Assembly: GCF_009914755.1 (NCBI RefSeq)
Contig: NC_060927.1
DNA: 64,000 nucleotides
Reading direction: 5' to 3' (one strand)
From: the human T2T-CHM13v2.0 reference genome, Homo sapiens
The translations under genes were made by a program, and so were the position numbers. This document shows, in pieces, positions 38,200-52,670 of the stretch. The notes beneath the pieces were generated by a model. It was not told where the DNA came from. It saw only the letters and a program-made list of their open reading frames with translations, and did no database searches. Positions within the stretch are counted from its first letter, which is position 1; every line of letters starts with the position of its first letter.

Positions 38200-38440
38200 G
38201 AGACACTAGACATTGGAATTGTTCAGATTTGGGGTTAAATGCAGGCTTTGTTACTTCATTGTTGTGTGATGCTGGGCAAATCATTTAACGTATTTGGGCT
38301 TAAGTTTCTTGATCTGTAAGATGAGGTTGATGTTTTCTCTCTTCCTGTGAGGATTAAAAGAGCTAATGAGTGCATTACAGAGGACTTCATACAGTTCCTG
38401 GTGTATAATTCTTGCTCAATTAATAGTAGCTAATAAGGAT
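38200..38440 (+). mobile_element. MIR SINE
   Basis: 'tgtgtgatgctgggcaaatcatttaac..ttaagtttcttgatctgtaagatgagg..gtgaggattaaa'. Confidence 0.8.
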
Positions 38441-38738
38441 AATCATCACAAGTGATGTCATAACTGATAAAATAATTGCTATATAAAATCCTCAATCAAC
38501 TGATTTAATGGATTTCTTCCTTAAACAGATTAGTTTCCTTTTCTTTTTGAATTCACTGTAATGATTTGGATATACATGCGACCCAAAAGACATCCACAGC
38601 AACAGAACCATCTTTCACTACCCCTTCCTCTAATTTTTTCCTCCAGCAAATTGCCCATTTCTAAAATTGTGAGCCTCAAGAACTGACTGATGTGTTGACT
38701 TGGTATCTTGACCTTATCTTACTTTACACTAATTATGC

Positions 38739-38928
<190 letters not shown>

Positions 38929-40029
38929 TAAAGAATGTGGCTGAAGCCCACCCTTTGTTCCGGTGCTTTTTCCTCTTTGGTTCTAGCACTGGAAAATGGT
39001 GGGCAGTGCCTTGCGTGGCTCTGTGTTTGGCATATTTTGGAAAGGGGCCAGACTCCCAAACACCTGGCTGGGAAGTGAATATCTGGGTCTCCTCCTGCAG
39101 GGCGCCCACCAGCTGTTTGTAAGGAGACACTTAGCTGAGATTTGGAAATCGTAACCCTGTATTTTGGTCTCCTGCGGTCTCAAAGAAATGAAATTCTGGA
39201 AGGGAGTCTGGCAGGGCCCACTGCAGTCTTTCTCTGAGACACTTATTTTCTTTGTTTGAATTTCAAGGTTAAAAAAGTCAGGATTCAAGGATAGCTCTGA
39301 AAGATCAACTGGTAAATGTGTTAACAGTGAAAGAAAAAGAAAGCCAAATGAATGCTAAAACCTTTTTTGAAGCAGAACAGAAACAAAGCTTTTGATCCTT
39401 TATCACGGAACAACAAAAACATTCTCATGATCTACATGTGTTCTGAGTGTTCCTATATCCGTCTATGTGCACACGGGTGTCCGTATGCCCATGCTCAGAC
39501 ACACATGGTCAGATTCACACACACTTCCATTTCTCTAAAAGCTGTATTTCCTCCCCCTGAAGATTTTTCCTTTTTATTTATTTCTTTTCTTTTTTCTTCT
39601 TCTCTCTATTTTTTTGATATTTCAAAGCTGGCAGTTCAGGAAATGGCTGGAACTGCCACATCTCTGTTCTTGTTAAAGAAATCAATGCTAATCCTATTAC
39701 TGGCAGTTATCACCTATCCCAGAACTCACAGCTAAAAGAAAAAAACACACTGAGATGTCAGAGTAAGAAAAAAGGACTGAGAAGGAGGGGGGCGCCCTTC
39801 ATTCACTTTCAAATAGTGATTGTTTTTTCTCTCTCTTCTTTTTTGATCATCTTTTTTTCTCATGTTAACAGAGAGACCAAACTACAAAACACCTGTGTTC
39901 ACACAACATTATGGATCTGATTTAAAACTACATGAGTAAGAGAATAGCTCTAATTTAGATTTATCTTTCTCCAGCATGCTTTGACAAAGCACTGATAAAT
40001 AATATTTATTATGGCTCAGTTTTACTAAT

Positions 40030-40270
40030 AACAATAACAATAACACATACCATTTAATGGTCACTGCAGGCCCTGTGCTAGGGGCTTTCTGCAGACCATC
40101 TCACGTAATACAAAACACCTATGAGCTAGGAATGATAAGCCTTCCCATTTTAGAGATTTAGAGACTAAAACATGAGGTTTCTCATTCGCGCCAAGTCACA
40201 TAGGTAAGGAGAGGTGGAATCTGGTTTGCATGGAGACCTGCTGTGTGCAGTATGGTACCCAAGCTCTTCA
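40030..40270 (-). mobile_element. MIR SINE
   Basis: 'caggccctgtgctaggggcttt..cccattttagagat..ccaagtcacataggtaag'. Confidence 0.8.
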
Positions 40271-40593
40271 TATGGTCTTCCTCCACCTCCAGCCTTCCTC
40301 AGCAGGGCAGTGTGGGAAGTGACAGGGAAACATTTAAAATAGGGAATTTGCTGAGATTTCAGGAAGTTTTTTGTCAAGTCAAACAAACTTGATACCTTTG
40401 CATTCCTCCCTTCTAACACTAAAGGCCATTCCCACATATGCAGCTCTCATTCCTGCCTTTGAGATCTAGCCAAATCATCAGATGGACCCAGGTATATATG
40501 ACCTGGGAATCTTTACAAAATAACATGAGAGAGCTAATTCGACTGGATTAACAGGCACCAGAGTCCTTAAATTGACAACTTGCACATCTCTTG

Positions 40594-40742
40594 GACCGAG
40601 GCTTAAAACTTTGAGTAGCAAAGTTAGAGGCAGTTAGAGCAGTGGGGATGTCACCTGGGAGCTTATTAGAACTGTAGAATCAAAATCTGCATTTTTCACA
40701 AGACTTCCCAGGTGACTTGTTTGCACATTTGAGAAGTACTGG
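40594..40742. mobile_element. MER5A-like hAT MITE
   Basis: 'tcacctgggagcttattagaa..aatctgcatttt..cccaggtga..ttgagaagtactg'. Confidence 0.75.
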
Positions 40743-41299
40743 TCTATGATAGTCTCTGTCCTGCTGAAGAAAACCCCTAAAGTTAGGACCCTGTCTTTTC
40801 CTCTGGGCACCCAGCACCATGTTTGTCATTCAATGGGGGCACAAAAAGTGTTCAACAAACGAACAAATGAACCACTTACTTTGCCAATTGATGAGGAAGG
40901 ATGATTCATGAGAACTACTCACATTCAGAAACTGTGATATAGTTGGTCCAAGGGTAACTGAAGAGGAGCACACACTTTATTCTGTCCCTAGGAATACTCG
41001 TAGGCTCTTTGCTAGCTTGTTTGTATCTGGTGTTCCTGTGAATATTCATTGCTTCACTAGTCCATTAATCAATTCATTGATGTTTATTGAGTTGCCAGGA
41101 ACCATGCTGAGCCATGTGACCACAAGAAAAGGCAGGAATATTTTGTCACATAGGGAGAAAATGGCATTTACTTCTCTGGGGGAGAGGATGAAGAAGTAAC
41201 TTGTTTTCTGGGTTATTAAATGTCTTCTGCCAATAGGAAGGATTGTTCTGGGCTGAATTCCTGTTCCTTAGGGACTATTTTCCCCCAAGATAAGAATGA

Positions 41300-41487
41300 A
41301 TAATTATAATAAAAGTTGCCAGGAACTATATTAAATGCTTTACATAAATTATCCAATTCAATCCTCGTATACTTTGTTGCCATTTTGCAAATGTGGATTC
41401 CCAGACCTAGGAGAGGAGTAAGTGGCAGAATCAGAATCTGAACACAGGTTTTTCTGATTCTGGAGCTCATGTTTCTAACCACTGCCT
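41300..41487 (-). mobile_element. MIR SINE
   Basis: 'tgctttacataaattatc..ccattttgcaaatgtgga..gtaagtggcagaatcagaatctgaacacagg'. Confidence 0.8.
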
Positions 41488-44034
41488 AATTCTGATGTCA
41501 AAATTAATAATATATTTCATATTACTGTTGGTTTCTCCTATAAGAGAGACAAAAATATTAATGTATAACAGGGACAAAAATGATAACTGTATTGCTTCTT
41601 GCCATCTCCCCTTTTGCCTTTTGCTTCTGAGAAGAAAGAATTTTCTTCCTTGTTGCACAGAATCCAGGTAAAAAAATTAAGCAAGAGGTCTTTTTAAATT
41701 AAAGAAATCAGCGAAGCTAGAGGGAAAGCATAATAAGGACCTGAAAGAGACCATAATTTGAAAGAGAGAGAGGGAAGGATACACAGATTATAGATAATGG
41801 TCACTTGGTATCAGTGAGCATGTTGAAAGGTTGGATGTTGAGAGCAAAACTGAAAGAAATATTTGAGGACCAGCTGTGCCCTATGTGAAGGACACCTAGA
41901 GAGGCAGTCCTGCAGACAGAGAAGTTTAAAATTTTTATACTTTAATTAAATTGCACATCTCCCTTTGACATTTTTTGAGATACCTAGCAAAATTTAAAAT
42001 AGTTCATATAGTACAAAGAATGAACTACATGGGGCCATGGGCTTTATTCAGGTTATAGTCCTAATTATTTATTATAAAATTTCTATCCATGGCTTAGATA
42101 TTCTAATATGTAATAGGCATGTACTGTAGATGAGGCCTCTGTGAGCTCTGCTGGTGGTGCTAAAATATTTTATTCTTTTATGTTTTATTTGTGTTCTGTA
42201 ATTGCTTTAGGGCAAATATTTCAATGTTTAATTTATATTACGAAATTGTCTTAAGAGTTTGAGTATTAGAAAACAAAAAATTTCCCCATAGGACATTTTA
42301 CTTCAGCTTCTTCTGCCCAGCTGTACTGATTTTAGATGCCCACCACCTCACTTGTAACATGACAAAGTAGAGAGAACTTTGTACTGGGAGTCAGGGGCAG
42401 GAGAAAATGAGCCAGAGCCCACAAGGCCAAACATTATCACATTTCCTCACACAATCTAGAATTGCTGCCTTACTCGGTTCCCTTAATTTTAAAAACCAAA
42501 TAAGAAGGAATTTATCATACCACTGTTAAACGCATATGATTGCCTTCATGGGGAAGATCTAATTCTCAGGACAGAGAGGTAAAAAATGCTGTTAAGTGTG
42601 ACAAGCCCAAAGGCCATGCTGATCACTGTGATGCATTTGATTTAATCCTGGATGTTGGGGGACTTAGGAAGCTCAGCTCAGCTGATGGCCCAAGCTCTCC
42701 CAACAGCTTATGAAATGCTAATATAGTTAGTTGGATGATCTCATCTCAGTCAAGAGTGCAGAGAAGAACCAGGCTATTATATCTTAATCATCCCAACAAT
42801 CATGCCAGCTAAGATTTACATAGTTTCAAAATTGGTTCATTCATTTAACTACCACCACCACCAAAACCAAAACAGCAATATTTCTTAAAGATTAGATACT
42901 ATTCAGTTTCTCATCATCCTGTACTTTCGCTGCCCGAATAGCTTCCAAACTATTTTCTTGTCTCCAGTCTTCTGCTGCCTCATCTTTCCACTCCAAATTA
43001 ACCTTTTATACTAATATCAGAGTGAAAATAGCATGTAAACAATAACAAATCCCATGTGCTATTCCTTTGTTTTAAACCTTCTATGGCTTCTTATTATCTA
43101 TGTGATAAAAGCCATAATTCTTTGGATGGAATTAATGGCCCTTTTACTGTGGCCGCAACTTCTCTTCCATTAAGCAACGATAACAAACTCTTGCCTGTGC
43201 TCTCCTGTAGGCAATGGTTAGCCTTATACATTCTAAAGTAGGGGAATGCCATGATCAGGTCTGGGTTTGAGATGGAACAGTATGATGACCAGTAGGAGAC
43301 AGATGCGGAGTGGGGAGTAGAAACAAGGAGAGTAATTAAGGAGAAACTGGTGAAATAGCCCAGTTGAGAGAGATCCAGGGCTCTCTTTTCTATTGCTGGA
43401 GCTGTTAGAGTGCTGGGAAGCTTACAGATCAATCTGGTTCATGAAATCTGAGAGATTCATATAATTTTTCTTGGCTAGATATCATGGGCAGTAAGGCATG
43501 AATATCTCCAGCCAAGCTTTGTAAAAGTAAGTCTAAACTAGTCTTATTTAAGAAAGCAAGACTCCGAGGTTTAACCCCTCCTCAACACCGTAACAACCCT
43601 TGAAATATGGAAGAAGATGAGGCACTATTATAAGAAATGACAGCAGAAATTGGTTCCCTGGTGAAACCTTCACCTTTAAACTTGGAAGAGCCCTCTTATC
43701 TTCTCCTTGTGTGATATTGGCATCTTATGACACTTCATTCACAAGTACCAAAGGATACAGGCTTTATTAGACATCTTGATTCCAGTAGGAAAACTTGTTT
43801 CTGCTCTCTTATTAATATGGCAGGTTCATAACAAAATTACCTAATCCTCTTATTCATCCAGGGGAAAGGAGGAAATCAAATAATTTTAAGGCAAAATGTA
43901 TTAGAGGTTATCACAAGGTGGCTCTGTTTAATAGATAATGAAATTGATGAGGACTGAAGCATCTGGGAAAACAGAAGGAAGAAATAGTAACCAGAACAAC
44001 TTGATCCTATACTCCCACTGCTTATTATCCTTAA

Positions 44035-44427
<393 letters not shown>

Positions 44428-44466
44428 GGTTAGTTTTTTACAGGTTGAACTGAAGTGCCTCTATGT

Positions 44467-44649
44467 CAGTGGTTTCAATGTGTGGTCCTCAACCAGAATC
44501 GTCATCATCTGGGAATGTTGTAGAAATTCAAATTCTTAGGCCCCACCTTAGATCTACTGAATCATAAACTATGGAAGTGGGGTCAGCGATCAGGGTTTTA
44601 ACATGGCTTTCAGGTGATTTTGGTGAATGCTGAAAACTGAGAATCTCTG
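44467..44649. mobile_element. MER5A hAT MITE
   Basis: 'cagtggtttc..ggccccaccttagatctactgaatca..caggtgatt..gagaatctctg'; 8-bp TSD ctctatgt/ctctagat. Confidence 0.85.
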
Positions 44650-44696
44650 CTCTAGATCATTTAATTGGAGATGAACATTAGGTAGTGGGTGAATTC

Positions 44697-44819
44697 CCTA
44701 CCTGTCATGGCTAGGAATTCAGTTTTTCAGGTTTCCTTCCAGGTTTCCTGGAGTTCCTTTGGCCAAGAGGCAGTCCATTCAGTTTGTGGGGGGATTTAAG
44801 ATTTTATTTTTGGTTTACA
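44697..44819 (-). mobile_element. ERV1 MER4-group LTR, 5' fragment
   Basis: Reverse complement reads 'tgtaaaccaaaaataaaatcttaaatcccccc..actgaatggac..ctcttggccaa'. Confidence 0.75.
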
Positions 44820-45006
44820 CATCTTAGACCAGCCATCAGACAAGTCAATTGCCTGATGACAGCAGCTACCTGAATGACTCCAGGTGAGGCCAGCATAACT
44901 GCTAAGCCAAACCAAAACTGTGACCCACAGAAATGTGTGCAAATAAGTAATTGTTTCAGTCACCAGATTTTTGAGGTGTTTTGTTAATAGCAATAGATAT
45001 CTGATA
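44820..45006 (+). mobile_element. MaLR LTR (MLT1G/H-like), 3' fragment
   Basis: 'tgacccacagaaat..ttgttaatagcaatagatatctgata'. Confidence 0.7.
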
Positions 45007-46699
45007 TAGGCCCACTTCTGTGGGGGCAGGTAGGGCTCAAGAAAGTGTACCTCAGTAAGACCTGTGGACTTTTGTTTCTTGGATACTCTTCCAGTAGGAG
45101 ACCAACATGTGACTCTCAAAATAACCAACATACATTCTCAAGGGTTCCTCAAAATTCCTCAAGGTTTCTTCCTACTCAGCCTCCTAAGCTTTTCCAAATA
45201 CAGATGAACATAATTCAATCATGACTCTTCTATATCCACTTTTCCTTACAAAGGAAAGACTCACTAAATTACAAAATATGCCCAGTAGATTCTGGTATTA
45301 ATTACTGTACTTTATTAAAATAAAGAGAGTGAAAATAAATATTGCCTATGGGCAGACTTGAAATTCTGATAAATCCTTCCAACACAAAATACCTAAACTT
45401 TTTCAATTAAATATAATAAAAAGCCTTTCAAATGCACACTTGAGATTAAAATAAGGTAAAAGAAAATTGCATAGGCCAAAAATTAAAAAGAAAATAGAAA
45501 ACAGAGAAGGAGATGGGAACTATGTGGGAGCAACTTTTTAGGTCCATGCAGGGTGGAGAGTGGCAGCTGAGAAGCTTGCAAAGAGGTAGGATCCTCCAAA
45601 TGCCACCTGCTTGGTCAAAAAGAAAACTAGAAAAAAAGAAATCTTCCCACATCAAAGGGAGACAACCCACATCAAAGGGAAACTTGTTAATTTTGACTTA
45701 TGCTCTAGGTAGCAAAAACAAGTAATTGTTGTTTTAAGCCACTAAGTTTTAGGATGCGTTTGGGTTTCAAATTTATACTTCTTGCACGATCCAGGAAACC
45801 CCAAGTTGATAAATTAGCTAAAGTATTTCTGGAATGGCATATTATTACACTAAAATTATAATAAATTATAATTGTATATAATTATGACTATGAAACCATC
45901 ATGCAAATATACAAATAAATATAGTTTTCTTATCCCAGGAGATTTGAAATATAGAATTTAGATTTAATTTTTTTTGAATATGTCATTCAATTTGCTGTGT
46001 GATCCCAGGTGATAATTCATTCCTCTCTGGGTCTCCACTTTTTCACCAGGTAAAGGAAGGGTCATTTTTAGTCCTAGCTTCCCATTGTTCTATGATTTTA
46101 TAAAATTATTAGTTCATGAATATATGATATAACACTGCAAGGTCTAGGGAATAGAAAATTAAGATTTTATCTTGGTCACTCTTTCTGATTAGCAAAGCCA
46201 TTAGTGCTGGCTCATTTTCACCACTCTGAGGCTCTGACAACCTGAAATAGTTGGTGAGAAAGGGCTTTTCTCTTTCTTGTCTGATGTCTTTTGGTGTCTG
46301 GGCCACACAGGTCTGCCTGATACAGTTTCCCTGCAAATGGCTGTGCAGAAAACTCTCCTAGGCTTTGGAAACAGGAATACCTGAGCTGACTTAGGAAGCT
46401 ACATCTCGTATACTTTTCTCCATGTGAACTCCATATGGACACCAGCTGGACACAGATTTAAGTTGACAGGCTGCCTTCTCTGGATGTGGAAGTTAGAGGG
46501 CAAGAATGGTGTTATAGGAAGAAATTTGTCCTTTTTTTTTAAAAAAAAAAGTAATAACAGAAATTCATTTTCCCACAGTTCTGGAGTCAAGGAATGACTG
46601 TTCTTAATGAAGGGATTGACCAGGTACCACAGAGTCATTTCTAACCTTCAAGTGATGCACAACATTGTGGGCAGTATCTAATATCTCTTAATTTTTGGT

Positions 46700-47236
46700 G
46701 AGATCCCTCACTCCTAGGTGTAAATAGGGCTTGATCCTTGTCTCTAGGACAGAATAAGTGATCCAGGCCCAAGTTAATCAGCACATCATGTTGCCCTGGA
46801 CTCAATGATTGGTAGAGGTGTCAAGCCTATGATCTAGGCCTAAACCATTGGGGGCATCCCATCTTCCTGACCACAGCAATTGGCTCAAGGGTGGAACTAA
46901 TCAGAAGCTTAATCTCCTTGTAGTACATAGCATGTTATAATATATGAATTATGAGAATGCTAGGGCAGAGACAAGTGTTCTGCCTCCATTGAATTGAAAA
47001 GGCATGAGTAGAACTGCTGTGGCTACTTTGCACCAGTGGGGAAGAACCATTCTGAGATCTGTGCCAACAGAGAGCTGACCTGAAAGGGAGAAACAAGGTC
47101 ATAAAGATATCCTTTGAGCTCCTATCCAGCCACACATGCATCTTTAATTAATGAGATAATAAATCCCCCTTTTGTTCATGTTTTACAGTTGGTTTGGATT
47201 GTTCTGCCCCCTTGCAACCTAGACAGTCCTGAATAG
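46700..47236 (+). mobile_element. MaLR LTR (MLT1K/L-like)
   Basis: 'ctgaccacagcaattggctcaagggtgg..aataaatccccctttt..cttgcaacc..gtcctga'. Confidence 0.7.
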
Positions 47237-47689
47237 CAGAGGAAGCTTCCTCTTGTGACTCCACTCCCCAGTTTCCACCCCTGACCTCATCCATGGTGCC
47301 CTGGTTTCTTAATTGCTAAAAGTGGCTCTGAGGAACCCTTGAGAATGTGTGGTGATTATTTTGAGAGTCACATGTAAATTGGTCTCCTACTGGAAGATAT
47401 CCAAGAAACAAATTTATGAATTTATTTGCTACAGAGGAGTGTCTGTATCTGGTAAACTGTCAGAGAAGTGATGTAGCATGTCACAAAACTCAGTAAATTA
47501 GGTATTACTACAATTTACAACTGCTGGTCAAGGGTTCTTTTCATTACAGAACTTAATTTCTTGATGATGCAGGTTGAATAGAGACTAGGGGCAGAAGATA
47601 ACCTAGTGCCCCAAATGCCATCAAGGCAACTGTTGTAGAAAGGAAGGAAAGCGGGAAACCATTATGGAAGATGGACTACAATCCACAAA

Positions 47690-48210
47690 TGTGATTTCAT
47701 TTAATAACCCTGATCACTTTGCCTTTATCTGTACTTTGCAAATGAAGCTCTGAGGAGGTAACTACCTTCTTCAAAGTAATAGAGACTATATTAATGCAGA
47801 TATACTGGAGTCTTAAGCTCCTTGCTTTCTCACAGTGCCACCACCTATAAGTGAGATAAAGGGGAATGAGATTAGGCTGATGGTGGTTCTGAGACAGGTG
47901 ATGGGAGGTGAAACATAAAAGCTGTTTCAAAGAAATGAAAGCATCTTCCCAAATTCTGAAGTCAATAGTGTAATCTTCCATGTTCATACAACATGGTTTG
48001 AGTGCCAATACTTCAGGCTTTAGAATGAAAAATGTCTGGATTTCAATCTTTGCCACTCCTTATAACAGTGACACTCTGGGGGATATTATCTAACTCTCTA
48101 AGTCTCAGTTTCCCTGTCTATCAATTTTCCAAATCTAAGTATCACAAGGATTTGAGATAATGTTTAGAAATCCCCCCAAACTGTGGACATCACACAGTAG
48201 GTATTTACCA
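47690..48210. mobile_element. Two divergent MIR fragments (minus ~47690-47850, plus ~48000-48210)
   Basis: 'tttcatttaataaccctg..ctttgcaaatgaag' and 'tctaactctctaagtctcagtttccctgtcta'. Confidence 0.65.
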
Positions 48211-50470
48211 TGTAAAATTATATATATTTAATATATAGTTATGTGATTAATGCTTAAATATGATCCTTTTGAGTATATTTCAAAAGTTTCTCTATATTAC
48301 TGCAAACTGCCTCAGATCATCAGCTCCATCTTGGTGGAGCTACTTATCTTTGTGCAATCAGAGAAAGTACCTTTAAAATGTTGACATGGGAAAGGTCAGA
48401 AAGAGCAAGTGAGGAATTTCAAGGATAATCCTATCCTTCCCTTCTGCCAGACTCTGTTTTCAGCTGGTTCAGAGTAATTTATACCTCTAGTTTAGTTAAA
48501 GTATGTGGCATCATTTAGATACTGCAAATGTAACACCAATTTTACTGCAACCTAATTGTAGAGTGACAAGGGATACATTTAGAAGATACATATAGTATGA
48601 AATGGCCAAGTGTGCTTCACTTCTGTAAGAACCACGCATAGAGAAACATTATGCTGAAAGAGAGGAATAGCTGAAGTTGTAACTCATGCAGATTCATATA
48701 TAAATAATAGGACTTCTAGGATATCTGCAGCTTAATCAGTTGCCCATTAACATATTGTAGGATAAATGTATATCTGTGATTATTGTGTGCTGCTAAAACC
48801 ACCTTTGATTTCACTTAAAATCTTGGTTAAATGAGCTGTGATCTATCTTTGGAGACTTTGTCAACCTTTTAAATTGAGGATATATATATAAGACATACTG
48901 ATTCAGGTAAATAAATAAAAGAGCAATATTCCAAAACTGTTAATGGAGCTTGAAGAAACCCAGAAGATAACCACAGCTTAAAATCAAGGGACAATGACTA
49001 CATTAAATATGAAATAAGGAAGCAAAAGGTCTCAATGAAACACAAGCTCCTATGCTTTAAAAGGTTTATTTAAAAATAGTCCCAAATTCCAAACCTGAAA
49101 CACAGAAAATCATGATTGTCAACCAACATTTATTGAGTACTATAGTAGGCATGTTGAACTTTGAATAATTGAATTGCACATTAAAAAAATAATCTGTCTT
49201 TTATGACAGAAATCAGGCAGTTTCTGGCATAATTTGACAGCAATGTACTGCCTTCTGCCTTTTCCTGTCAGCACAGTATGAGGCAATGCAATTAAAATTT
49301 AGCAGTGATTTGTTTTGACTGGTGAGATTTTCTCTTTTATGTAAAATACATATTTATTCACACATTAAGTTTTGTTATTAAATAAATATATGCTTTTAAG
49401 TAATTTCATTTTATTAGTGCCAATGGAGATACCCTTTGAAGATAGGACCTTGACTTTGAGTACAATAATGCCTAACATTCTCCCTGCTTTTCTTTCTTGC
49501 TCTCAGAAGCTACTCTAATGTTTCCCCTCACTAAAGGCAGCAACCAAGCTGTCCCAGACTAACGATGCCCCCTCATGGCAGCAGCCTGGTCCTGTGGGTT
49601 TGCTTTCCACCTCTTCTTGTCTGTCCTGTAAGGCCAGCTGTAGATCACTGCTGACAGTTTAGCTCCAGGCATTGTCTTTCCTTCACATACTGACATATTT
49701 TCTATAATAATGAACTATACTCCTGCATCCCAGCTCCACACATAAGAACATATGTGTATTTATTCATTTCTTTTCAAATTATTTCACAGGAATAGAAATA
49801 TTAAGACTTTCTTATCTAGTCCTTCTTCCTTTTCACAGTTGGTTCAAAATAACCCCCAAAAGAGAAACTTCCATCTAAGAAAAGAAAGTATAATTAGATA
49901 CAAAAGTAAAATTTTACAGAAATAGGAATATTTAAGCTTTCAGAATTAGCCTACATTTACCTTTAGCATCTTCACCACCTATCTTAATATCCTCGTATAA
50001 AGTGTTCTTTCCTCTATGTCAGAATTCAAGACATAAATTCTTAATTATCTTTCAGTATGTTTTTGACAACAAATACATAGCTCTATACATGGTTAGAATT
50101 GCAAAAATTTGCTGTGTACTATTTTATTGTGTGTTTTCTCATAGGGTAAATAATGAGCTGGAGGAAAAAAAATAACAGATCATAATATTTTTACCCTTAT
50201 GGGGAAGCAGTAATTTATTAATTACTGCAACTTAGTTATCATTTAAACACCAAGAACCTAACATCTTAAGGGAGAGAGCTATTCATTGTGGTCCATAGGA
50301 AGGCTTTCTTTTAAATATCCAGAGTATAAAGCAACCATGTATTTTTTCATCTTCAGGCAAAACTTTCTACTCTGTGCCTCACTACCCTCAGTCTATTCTC
50401 TTAAAAATATAATTTGAATTGATAATACATTTACCTTATACATATATATGTTTATATGTGTGTGTATACG

Positions 50471-50500
50471 CAACACAACACACACACACACACACACACA
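50471..50500 (+). repeat. (CA)n microsatellite
   Basis: Direct observation. Confidence 0.9.
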
Positions 50501-51648
50501 AATATCTCCCTTTCGTTATCTCCCATACACTCAGGTCTTTATCATCACCCCAAACATGTAACTATTCTTAGTTTTTTTTTGTATTTTCTTCTAGAATTTA
50601 TTTTGTAAATAATTAAACAAAATAATATATATTCTCACTTCTCTTTTTAAAAATAAGAAGTTGCATGTCATATATGCTGTTCTACCCTAGATTTTTTCAT
50701 TTAAAATAGATATACTAGAACTCTTCTTCAACTACCTCAGCATTTTATAGAATGCCTCCTCTTTATTTTTGAGAACTACACAGCATTCCATTGAATGCCA
50801 TATTTATTTAACCAATTCCCTATTGATGGGCACTATGCAGTACACAATCTTTTGCTGTTACAAAACATGTTGCATAGAACAGCCTAGTACACTTTATGTT
50901 TGTGTACAAGCATATCCACAAGGTAGATCTCTAGATTTGGAATTGCTAGGTCAAAAGTTGTATGCATTTGTAAGTTTGATGAATATTGCCAAAATGCCTT
51001 CCATAGGATTCCAATGTATATTTTCACCAATTGTCTGTGAGACTGCCTATTTTCCCCATGGCTTTTCCAATAAAATGTGTTATTATCTTTTGGATTTTGC
51101 CAATCTAATAAATGAAACAGGATGTCTGAATGTAGTTTTCATTTGTATTATTATTATTGTGTGTAGGATCAAGCGTTTTTTACATAGTTAAGAGTCAATT
51201 GAATTCCTGTTTGGGAGACTGGTCTGTTCTTATCCTTTGCCTATTTCTATGTTGATAATCTTTTTCTTATTGATTTCCAGGAATACTTTATGTATTAGTA
51301 GTTTAGCTTCTTTATGTATCACAAATATTTTTGTAACATATTTTTCTGATTTTCCATTGTCTTTTGGCTTTATATATTTTTTATCTGAAGTCTCTTTTTA
51401 TTTTTATGGAGTCAATTTTTCTCACTTTTAAAATGGCTTCTTGATTTTGAGTCTTAGGAAGTTATCCTCATTCCAAGATAATGAAGGAATTCCCCTGTAT
51501 TTTATTCTAGTGCCCTTTTGTTTTTATTATTTAAATCATTTATATGTTTGGAATTTATCCTGATATACAGTGTGAGATATAGATAAACAAATTTTTCTCC
51601 AGGTGACCTCCCAGTTTGCCAAATATCTTCTGTTGAATAGCCCATCTT

Positions 51649-51827
51649 GCCAGGTGCAGTGGCTCATGCCTGTAATCCCAGCTGCTTGGGAGGCTGAGGT
51701 GGGAGGATCACTTGAGTCCAGGAGGCTGCAGTGAGCTATGATCATGCCACCATACTGCAGCCTGAGTGATGGAGTATGACCCTGTCTCTAAAATGAATGA
51801 ATGAATGAATGAATGAATGAATAAATA
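51649..51827 (+). mobile_element. FRAM Alu monomer with (AATG)n tail
   Basis: Monomer; TSD aatagcccatctt (51636-51648) / aatagtccatctt (51828-51840). Confidence 0.9.
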
Positions 51828-52670
51828 AATAGTCCATCTTATTCCCATTGAGATGCCACCCTTGCCAGGTACTAAATTTTTCTGTATACTTCGGTCTATT
51901 TCTGTGGTCTCTCCTCAGTTCCATTGATTAGTCTGTTTATGCATGCACCATAGTTTTAATTATTGAGGCTTTATTATACGTTTTAATATTTGTTAAGGTC
52001 AGTATAACTTTTACTGTTTTCTTCTGATTTATCCTGGCTAATCTTTATTTCTTTTCCATATGAATTTTTGAATAAATTGACCTAGTTTAAAAATATTGGC
52101 CTATTTATTGACATGACATTAAATTTGTAAATCAAATTACAGAATTAATGTTTTTATGATGCCGAGCATTTCTGTCCAGTAATGATATATCTTTCAATTT
52201 GTTCAAGTCTTCCTTTGTATCCTTCGTAGTGTTTTCAAGTTTTCTCCCTATAGAACTCACATATTTCTATTTGTTTTTTGCTAGATACTTACATTTTTGT
52301 TGCTAATATAAATAGGTCATTGTCTTTCATTATATCTTATATCTGTTGTGGTTTTGTGGAAGCTATTTATTGCTATGTATTATTTGTACTCAACTATCTC
52401 AAAGAAGTTTCTTGTTGCCTGCAGTAGTATTTTAATTCAAGATGAGATTCTTGAATTTTTTTTTACCTCCCCAAATGTATAATCTGAAATAGTGATATGT
52501 TTATGTTTAACTTCTCCTTTCCAAATTTTATAATTATCTCCTATACAATTGCATTGACCTCCAATACAACATTAATTGTACAATTTTACCTCCACTATTA
52601 TATTAAATAATGATGGTAACAGAAGGTATCCCTGACTTTGTTTCTGATTATAAAGGAAATAACTTTAGTG

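Noticed and set aside
39085-39800. Other CTCF-like strings (cctgcagggcgccc; ggagggggcgccc)
   Set aside because: Only the GGCGC half matches and the core spacing is wrong
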